A stretch of DNA of 32,854 bases from an uncultured Bacilli bacterium (lineage in GTDB: Bacteria > Bacillota_I > Bacilli_A > RF39 > UBA660): positions 1-32,854 of the forward strand of contig CANQIY010000002.1 of assembly GCA_947624125.1 (NCBI GenBank), given 5' to 3'. Both the position numbers and the translations under genes were made by a program. The notes beneath the pieces are model-generated. The model had not been told where the DNA came from. It did no database searches and worked only from the letters and a program-made list of their open reading frames with translations. Within the stretch, counting starts at the first letter, position 1, and each line of letters begins with the position of its first letter. This document shows positions 18,623 through 25,843 of this stretch, piece after piece.

Positions 18623-19036
18623 ATGTACTACGGTTATCCTACGCAAACATCACCAATTGATGATGTTGTATCATCTAGTGAAGGAACTGCTATATGGGTA
18701 TTGGTTTCACTTATCTTAGCTGTAATTGGAGGTCTTGTTGCTTATTTTGTTTTTATTAAACCGGATAAAAAAACAGAAAATAAATGGCTTGCTTGGTTTA
18801 AAGATTACTTTAATTTTCATAAAATGATGATTGAAGATTTACTTAAGACAATATATATAATTATAGCTATATTTATAACTTTATCTTCATTCTCATTTAT
18901 TGGTAGTAATTTCCTAGGTTTTCTAATTTATCTTATTGTAGGTAACATTATTGCTAGAATTTGTTTTGAAAGTGCTTTAATGTTAGTTATGATTTGGAAG
19001 AATACCAATGAAATCAATAAGAAATTAAAAAAATAG
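18623..19036 (+). CDS. Small membrane protein (DUF4282-like)
   Basis: Three hydrophobic helices. The WFKDYFNFHKMMIEDLLKTIY segment resembles that family. Weak call. Confidence 0.45.
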   Translation: MYYGYPTQTSPIDDVVSSSEGTAIWVLVSLILAVIGGLVAYFVFIKPDKKTENKWLAWFKDYFNFHKMMIEDLLKTIYIIIAIFITLSSFSFIGSNFLGFLIYLIVGNIIARICFESALMLVMIWKNTNEINKKLKK

Positions 19037-19106
19037 AACTGAATTTAAAAAAGAATTACGGTTCTTTTTTGTTGTTAGAAAAAAATTAGAAAAAAATAAA
19101 AAAAGC

Positions 19107-19136
19107 TTGTCAAAACAAATGTTTGTGTGATATAAT
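19107..19136 (+). promoter_or_regulatory. Strong promoter with extended -10, containing an ACAAAtgTTTGT palindrome in the spacer
   Basis: TTGTCA (19107-19112), 18-nt spacer, TGaTATAAT (19128-19136). Confidence 0.5.
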
Positions 19137-19571
19137 CATATTGTCCAGGAGGTAATGGTTATGTTAGATTACAGGTTATATCCACATTAGTTATGATTAT
19201 AAATGTAAAATAATTTTAAATAATTAAATAGTAAGGGGAAAGTATGATATAATTTAAGAGAATAACAAATACTATGGAGTTGATTTTGGTGGCAAGTAAA
19301 TTGTTGATTAATTCTAATTTGGATAATCAAATAAGGGAAGCACTTTTAAAAGAAGGGTTTTATCTTTCTGATAACAAATGGATAATGCAAATGTATCATT
19401 AACTAAAGGTGGTTTTATAAATGTTTTGGTATTATCTAGTGTAGTAGTTAGTGTTTGTGTTGTTGTCTTTTTGGTAACGTTATACCTTATAAGTTAAATC
19501 CAATATTTAAATTAAGGTATTAATCTTTAAATTTTGAAAATAAATGATATAATTAATATGGATGGTGTTTT

Positions 19572-20168
19572 ATGAAAAATAATAAAGTTTCTTTAATTAG
19601 TTCAATAGCCTTTTTAGCAATAGGAGTTATTCTTTTTGTTAAACCCGATGCAGTCATTAAGTTTATATCTTATTGTTTAGGTGCAGTACTTATCGTAATT
19701 GGGATATATAAATGTGTTAATTATTATATTCAAGATAAGAGATTAGGTGTAGTAAATCGAAATGAAATGCTTTTTGGCATTACCGCAATTGTTTTAGGTG
19801 TTATATTTATTTTCTTAGCATCAGCAATTGAATTATTGTTACGGTTTATAGTTGGATTTTGGATTATCTTTGCTGGACTTAGTAAGATATTTAGTTCCTT
19901 TTACACAACGAATAGAACTTCCCAATTTTATTCTTTAATTGTAGTTGGTCTTATTTTAATTGCTCTTGGAGCTTATACAATTTTATATTCTAATTTACCA
20001 TTAGCTATTATTGGTTTATTTATGATGATTTATGGCCTTATCGATTTAATTAGTTATTTTGCCTATTTAAGAGGGCCTAAAATAATCGGTGCTGATAACA
20101 TGTTTACGAGAAGAAGAAAAAAGAAAAATGATGATGTTTATGAAGCAGAGATAGTTGATAAAAAATGA
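19572..20168 (+). CDS. HdeD/DUF308-family membrane protein
   Basis: Six hydrophobic helices with the repeated G-x-x-x-I/L-x-x-G pattern. Basic C-terminal tail. Confidence 0.5.
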   Translation: MKNNKVSLISSIAFLAIGVILFVKPDAVIKFISYCLGAVLIVIGIYKCVNYYIQDKRLGVVNRNEMLFGITAIVLGVIFIFLASAIELLLRFIVGFWIIFAGLSKIFSSFYTTNRTSQFYSLIVVGLILIALGAYTILYSNLPLAIIGLFMMIYGLIDLISYFAYLRGPKIIGADNMFTRRRKKKNDDVYEAEIVDKK

Positions 20169-20968
20169 TTAAAAAAATCTTAATAAAAGAAGTATATTTA
20201 CCAATTATTTATATAATTTGTGCTTTTATTCTTTATCAAATAGCATGTAAAATTGTTGATAAAGTCTTAATTATTAACAAAGAAAAGAAGAAAAAGAATA
20301 GTTTAGCCTTAAAAAGAGAAATAACAATTGTTAATTTAATTAAAAGTATTATAAAATATATTTTACTAATTATTACTCTTTTAGCAATATTGAGTGTTTA
20401 TGGGGTAAAAACAACAAGTATTGTTGCGTCTTTAGGAATTATCGGGGCTGTAGTTGGTCTTGCCTTTCAAGATACATTAAAAAATTTGTTATCAGGAATT
20501 ACGATTATTTTTGATAATCATTATATGCAGGGTGATATTGTAACGATTAATGGTTTTCGAGGAGAAGTCATTGATTTAGGATTACAAACAACAAAAATCA
20601 GAGCTTATAGTGGGGAAGTAATGATAATTAATAATAGTTTAATAACAAGTGTTATTAATCATAGTATGTATGATACGATATTATATATAGAATTTCCTGT
20701 TTCTAAAGATGTTTCAGTAGCAAAATTAATGGAAATAATAGAGAATGTTAATAAAAAAATTATTAAATTAGATGAAGTAGAAGAAGAAATTAAAGCATTG
20801 GGAATTGAAAAATTAAATGCTAATAACTATATTTATAAAGTACAGATTAATTGTAAGCCGGATAGCCATTTTAATGTTAATCGAAAATTTATGGAATATT
20901 TAAAAGAGGAGTATGACAATAATAATATTAATGTTCCAGCTGAATATTTAGAAATTAATAAAAAATAA
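20165..20968 (+). CDS. Mechanosensitive ion channel family protein (MscS-like)
   Basis: LAFQDTLKNLLSGITIIFDNHYMQGDIVTINGFRGEVIDLGLQTTKIR matches the MscS TM3/beta-domain signature. ATGA start-stop overlap with the upstream gene. Confidence 0.85.
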   Translation: MIKKILIKEVYLPIIYIICAFILYQIACKIVDKVLIINKEKKKKNSLALKREITIVNLIKSIIKYILLIITLLAILSVYGVKTTSIVASLGIIGAVVGLAFQDTLKNLLSGITIIFDNHYMQGDIVTINGFRGEVIDLGLQTTKIRAYSGEVMIINNSLITSVINHSMYDTILYIEFPVSKDVSVAKLMEIIENVNKKIIKLDEVEEEIKALGIEKLNANNYIYKVQINCKPDSHFNVNRKFMEYLKEEYDNNNINVPAEYLEINKK

Positions 20969-21025
20969 GAAAATATATTGTTATCTTTAAATAAAAATAT
21001 TTATAATTATATGAGGAGGAAGAAA

Positions 21026-21919
21026 ATGGAAAAAGCAAAAGTATATTTTACAAGAGATATTAGTAGTGAAGGATTAATAAGAATTTATGAAGCCTTAGGT
21101 GTAAATTTACCAGGGAAAGTAGCTGTTAAAATATCAACTGGTGAACCAGGAGGACATAATTTTTTAAATCCAAATCTTATCAAAGGATTAGTTAATAAAT
21201 TAGATGGGACAATTGTTGAATGTTGTACAGCATATCGTGGTAAACGTTTTGATGTTGAGAGTCATTGGCAAGCTATTAAAAATCATGGTTTTTTAGCTCT
21301 TGCTCCCTGTGATATTATGGATGAAGAAGGAGAAATAGAAATACCTATTGCTAACAGCAGACATTTAAAAGGTATTAATATTGTTGGTAGTCATATTAAT
21401 AATTATAATTCGTGTTTAATGCTTTCACATTTTAAAGGGCATGCGATGGGTGGTTTTGGTGGAGCATTAAAAAATATGAGTATTGGTATGGCATCAAGAA
21501 ATGGTAAAGCTTGGATACATTCGGCTGGATTTACAAAAGTTCCTGATGAAATGTGGGGACATACAGATGACCAAGATGGTTTTTTAGAAAGTATGGCCGA
21601 AGCTTGTGAAGGAATTATTAATCATTTTGGTAAAGATAAGATGGCTTATATAAATGTTGTTAATAACATATCAATTGACTGTGACTGTGATGCAAATCCT
21701 CATGCTCCAGAAATGAAAGATATTGGCATTTTTGCATCTTTAGACCCAGTTGCTCTTGATAAGTGTTGTTATGATACAATTATAAATTCAGAAGATGAAG
21801 GAAAAGCTTCCCTTATTAAAAGAATGGAAGAAAAGCATGCAATTCATACAGTAGATGAAGCGGCTTCCTTAGGACTTGGTAGTTTAGAATACGAAATAAT
21901 AGATTTAGATTTAAGATAA
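21026..21919 (+). CDS. DUF362-domain protein (putative Fe-S protein, COG2768-like)
   Basis: Start moved to ATG 21026 (GAGGAGGAAG RBS). Begins MEKAKVYFT...KVAVKISTGEPG...NPNL, with a CDCD cysteine cluster. Confidence 0.6.
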   Translation: MEKAKVYFTRDISSEGLIRIYEALGVNLPGKVAVKISTGEPGGHNFLNPNLIKGLVNKLDGTIVECCTAYRGKRFDVESHWQAIKNHGFLALAPCDIMDEEGEIEIPIANSRHLKGINIVGSHINNYNSCLMLSHFKGHAMGGFGGALKNMSIGMASRNGKAWIHSAGFTKVPDEMWGHTDDQDGFLESMAEACEGIINHFGKDKMAYINVVNNISIDCDCDANPHAPEMKDIGIFASLDPVALDKCCYDTIINSEDEGKASLIKRMEEKHAIHTVDEAASLGLGSLEYEIIDLDLR

Positions 21920-21924
21920 AGTAA

Positions 21925-21976
21925 AAACTGAGTTGAATTTTAAAAATTATTAAATTCCACTCAGTTTATTTATTTT
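21925..21976 (+). terminator. Intrinsic terminator
   Basis: About 15-bp stem (21925-21939 / 21953-21967, one mismatch) followed by a T-rich run. Confidence 0.55.
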
Positions 21977-21988
21977 AATTATAATATA

Positions 21989-22699
21989 ATGTATAATAAA
22001 GATGTTCATTTTGAGGTGAGATTATTGGAACAAGTAATTATATATTTTTTATTATTTATTATATATTCCTTTTTAGGTTGGTTAATGGAAGTATTATGCA
22101 AAGTTGTTCAAGTAAGAAGATTTGTTAACCGAGGTTTTTTAATCGGACCAATATGTCCTATATATGGTTTTGGTGTTTTAGGTATATTATTATTAATAGG
22201 TAAAACTCCGGGTGATATTTTAAGTGTTTTTCTAAAATCTATTTTAATTTGTTCAGCTTTAGAATATTTTACTTCTTATATTATGGAAAAATTATTTAAA
22301 GCAAGATGGTGGGATTATTCCAAAAATAAATTTAATATCAATGGAAGAATATGCTTAGAAACGATGCTTCCGTTTGGTCTTCTTGGCACTGTTATTGTTT
22401 ATTTTGTTAATCCCTTTTTGAGCCATATAATAGAAAAAATTCCCTCTTTTGTAAGATTAATTTTAGCAATAATTATATTTATTGTTTACTTAATCGATAA
22501 TATTATTTCCTTTAATGTTTTAAATAAAATAAAAAGTGAAATTAAACGACATAAAGTTGATAGTTCTGAAATTATTAGAAAAAAAGTTATGAAATGGTTA
22601 GAAGAAAATACTGTTTTATATCGCCATATTAAAAATGCTTATCCAAAATTTAAGATAATTCGTTTAAATAGAAAAGAAAGAAATAAGAAAGATAGTTAA
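21989..22699 (+). CDS. Membrane protein of the 'putative ABC-transporter type IV' / DUF1113 family
   Basis: FLLFIIYSFLGWLMEV...NRGFLIGPICPIYGFG signature. An alternative TTG start at 22025 sits behind GAGGTGA. Confidence 0.65.
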   Translation: MYNKDVHFEVRLLEQVIIYFLLFIIYSFLGWLMEVLCKVVQVRRFVNRGFLIGPICPIYGFGVLGILLLIGKTPGDILSVFLKSILICSALEYFTSYIMEKLFKARWWDYSKNKFNINGRICLETMLPFGLLGTVIVYFVNPFLSHIIEKIPSFVRLILAIIIFIVYLIDNIISFNVLNKIKSEIKRHKVDSSEIIRKKVMKWLEENTVLYRHIKNAYPKFKIIRLNRKERNKKDS

Positions 22700-22849
22700 A
22701 AATTTTGTTTAAAAAACTATTGCATTCTAATATTGAAAGTGATAAAATTTTCTTAAATTATTTTTTGAGGAGTGTTTATGTTAAAGAATAATTATTTAAA
22801 AATTATTAATTATTGTTTAATTAAAGATGGTTTTTTAATGTTGGGTTTG

Positions 22850-22889
22850 ACACGCAGATAATCATGAGATTATTTGCGTGTTTTTGTTT
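22850..22889 (+). terminator. Strong intrinsic terminator or attenuator 12 nt upstream of the rel start codon
   Basis: 14-bp stem (22850-22863 / 22868-22881, one G-U pair), loop ATGA, then TTTTGTTT. It directly abuts the rel RBS GGAGG (22890-22894). Confidence 0.7.
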
Positions 22890-22900
22890 GGAGGTTAGAT

Positions 22901-24340
22901 ATGGATAAAATTGTGTTAGAAGATTTATTGTTAGAGATTAGCAAATATAATGAAGATATTATTGCTGAAGTAAAAAGAGCTTATTATTATGCAGCACGTT
23001 TACATGATGGGCAATTTAGACAAAGTGGGGATGCCTATATTACGCATCCTTTGCATGTTGCTCTTATTTTAGCCCAAATGCATGCTGATAGTGATACAAT
23101 TTGTGCTGGGCTACTTCATGATACTTTAGAAGATACAAATATTACAAAAGAAGATATTGCGCATGATTTTAATCCGACCGTGGCAAGTCTTGTTTTAGGG
23201 GTTACCAAATTAGCTAAGATGAATTTTTCTTGTAAAGAAGAAGAAAATTCCGCGAATACAAGAAAAATAATAACTAGTATTACAGAAGATGTTCGAATAA
23301 TTATTATCAAATTAGCAGACCGTCTACATAATATGCGCACTCTTCAATATAAAGATGCCTTTAAACAAAAAGAAAATGCAATTGAAACAATGGAAGTTTT
23401 TGTTCCACTTGCTTATTATATCGGAGCTTATCGAATGAAAAGTGAATTAGAAGATTTATCTTTAAAATATTTAAAGCCAGATATTTATAAGAAAATTGAG
23501 GAAAAGAAACAAAATATTGAGCAAAGTTACCAAGATGTATTATTAAATATTAAAGATAATGTTCATAATGTATTAATGAATGCCCAAATAAATAATGAGA
23601 TTAAAATTAGACCTAAAAATATTTATGGGATATATAAAAGATTAAATGAAGGACAAAAATTATATGATATTCATGATTTATTTGCTCTTAAAATAATGGT
23701 TGATGATATTTATAAATGTTATTTATCTTTAGGTTTAATTCATAAAGAATATCATCCAATCAATGAAAAGTTTAAAGATTATATTTGTAATCCGAAAACT
23801 AACATGTATCAAAGTTTGCATACAACGGTTTTTGCTCCGAATGATAGATTAGTTCAAATGCAAATAAGAACATTTGTGATGGATAAAATTGCATCATTTG
23901 GTTTAACGGCTTATTTTGACCTTTCCAGTAGTAATGCTAGGGATATTATGCAAAATGATTTAAAAACAAAATATCAATTTTTTCGCTCATTAATGGAAAT
24001 TAATTCGATGTTTGGTGATAATCAACAATTTGTAAGTCAAGTCAAAAAAGAATTATTCTCAGAAAGTGTTTATGTTTATACAACGAAGGGTGAAGTTATA
24101 GAACTACCAAAAGGTTCAACTATCATCGATTTTGCTTATCGAGTTAGCCAAGATGAAGGTAATGCCATGGTCGCAGCTTTAGTAAATGAAGAATTTGTTC
24201 CTTTGAATTATGTTTTAAAAAATAAAGATAGAGTAAGAATAGTGACAGATGAATTAGCTTTTGGCCCTAAAGAAGAATGGTTGCAAATAGCCAAAACTTC
24301 TTATGCTAAAAGTAGAATAAAACAATTTTATAATAAATAG
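22901..24340 (+). CDS. rel: RelA/SpoT-homologue (p)ppGpp hydrolase/synthetase, short form (HD-SYNTH-TGS only, 479 aa)
   Basis: Start moved to ATG 22901. HD domain (HPLHVALIL, LHDTLEDT, DRLHNMRT), synthetase region (RPKNIYGIYKRL, KFKDYICNPKTNMYQSLHTTV, QMQIRT), TGS (VYVYTTKGEVIELPKGSTIIDFAY). The protein ends soon after TGS. Confidence 0.85.
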   Translation: MDKIVLEDLLLEISKYNEDIIAEVKRAYYYAARLHDGQFRQSGDAYITHPLHVALILAQMHADSDTICAGLLHDTLEDTNITKEDIAHDFNPTVASLVLGVTKLAKMNFSCKEEENSANTRKIITSITEDVRIIIIKLADRLHNMRTLQYKDAFKQKENAIETMEVFVPLAYYIGAYRMKSELEDLSLKYLKPDIYKKIEEKKQNIEQSYQDVLLNIKDNVHNVLMNAQINNEIKIRPKNIYGIYKRLNEGQKLYDIHDLFALKIMVDDIYKCYLSLGLIHKEYHPINEKFKDYICNPKTNMYQSLHTTVFAPNDRLVQMQIRTFVMDKIASFGLTAYFDLSSSNARDIMQNDLKTKYQFFRSLMEINSMFGDNQQFVSQVKKELFSESVYVYTTKGEVIELPKGSTIIDFAYRVSQDEGNAMVAALVNEEFVPLNYVLKNKDRVRIVTDELAFGPKEEWLQIAKTSYAKSRIKQFYNK

Positions 24341-24409
24341 TATTAATATTTATTAAAAAGAGTTGCTAAATTAAAAATAATAAGTAATAATGAAGATGGA
24401 GATGATTTT

Positions 24410-24628
24410 ATGGGATTATTTAGTTTTTTATTTAATTTAAATAATGCTTTAGAAGATAGTGAAAAAGAAGAACGAAATAAAAGAATAGAACAAGAAATGG
24501 AATGGAATAATTTTGATGAACATGAAAAAGAAGAAGTACGAAAAGGTAATTATGATGTTCATAATTTTGAAGATTCAGAAGATATAGAGCTTGATGAAGA
24601 TGACTATTATAGTGAGGATAATAGATAA
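24410..24628 (+). CDS. Small, highly acidic hypothetical protein (72 aa)
   Basis: ORF with a GGAG RBS. Low-complexity, E/D-rich composition. Confidence 0.4.
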   Translation: MGLFSFLFNLNNALEDSEKEERNKRIEQEMEWNNFDEHEKEEVRKGNYDVHNFEDSEDIELDEDDYYSEDNR

Positions 24629-24754
24629 AATATTTTTAAGGAGTATAGTTATAACAATGAATGTTTTAGAATTTCATAAAACAATTGGTTTAGGTTTTGT
24701 TAGAAACGAAGTATAATAATAAATAAATTATGAAAAAGGTGAAAATTAAATAGT

Positions 24755-25753
24755 ATGAAAGTAAGTATTATTGTTCCAGTATATAATAGTGAAAAATATT
24801 TAAAAGATTGTTTAGATTCTTTAGTTAATCAAACATTAAAAGAAATCGAAATAATTGCTATTGATGATGCATCGAGTGATAAAAGTTTAGAAATATTAAA
24901 AGATTATGAAAAGAAGTATCCTAATAAAGTTAAAGTTTATGTTAATCATAAAAATTTAGGACAGGGTGCTACTAGAAATAGGGGAATTGAACTTGCAACA
25001 GGAGAATATATTGGTTTTTTAGATAGCGATGATTATGTTAATTTTAATATGTATGCTAAAATGTATGAAATGGCTAAAAGAAATGATAAACCTGAGGTCA
25101 TAACAACAGGACTAATTTTTGTTAAAAATAATGATTATTTAGTTAACAATTTTAAAGAAATAGCCCAAACAAAAGGAAGAATATTAAATGTTAAAGTAAA
25201 TCCTAAAATAGTATTAGATGAATCACCATCTGTATGTAATAAATTATTTAGAAGTAACATTCTCAAAAAAGCCCCATTTATTGAAGGAAGAATGTGGGAA
25301 GATATTGCTTTTACTTATGCCAAAATGTTTAAAGCTAATAAAATATTAAAATTTAATGATGCTGATTATTTCTATCGACGTCGAGCTAATGAAGGTGTTT
25401 CTTCTAAAAATAATCAATTTAATAATCATTTATTTGATATTTTTGAAGTTTGCGATTATTTAGAAAAAGAATTAAAGGAAGCTAATATATATGAACAATA
25501 TGAATATTATATAAGATTTATTCAGATTTCTTATTCATTATATCGCGTTACTGAAGTTTTAACTTGGAATATAGATGAAAAAGAAAAAGAAGAATTAGTT
25601 AATAAAATGTGTAATTTAATAGTGAAAAAATATGGCGATTGGCGATGCTATCCTGAAGAACTTTTAACTAGTAAAATAGGAATTATAGAACTTGATAAAA
25701 TAAATGAATATTTTATGAAATCAAAGCAAAATACACCATCTATGAAAATATAA
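24755..25753 (+). CDS. Family 2 glycosyltransferase
   Basis: VSIIVPVYNSEKYL...IAIDDASSD...FLDSDDY motifs, typical of GT2. Confidence 0.85.
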   Translation: MKVSIIVPVYNSEKYLKDCLDSLVNQTLKEIEIIAIDDASSDKSLEILKDYEKKYPNKVKVYVNHKNLGQGATRNRGIELATGEYIGFLDSDDYVNFNMYAKMYEMAKRNDKPEVITTGLIFVKNNDYLVNNFKEIAQTKGRILNVKVNPKIVLDESPSVCNKLFRSNILKKAPFIEGRMWEDIAFTYAKMFKANKILKFNDADYFYRRRANEGVSSKNNQFNNHLFDIFEVCDYLEKELKEANIYEQYEYYIRFIQISYSLYRVTEVLTWNIDEKEKEELVNKMCNLIVKKYGDWRCYPEELLTSKIGIIELDKINEYFMKSKQNTPSMKI

Positions 25754-25843
25754 GATTAAGAAAATAAAAATAGAGTTAAATGAACTTTAAAAAAGAATAA
25801 AAGTGTTATATAATATTATTTATTATTTTTAAAGGGGTGTTAT

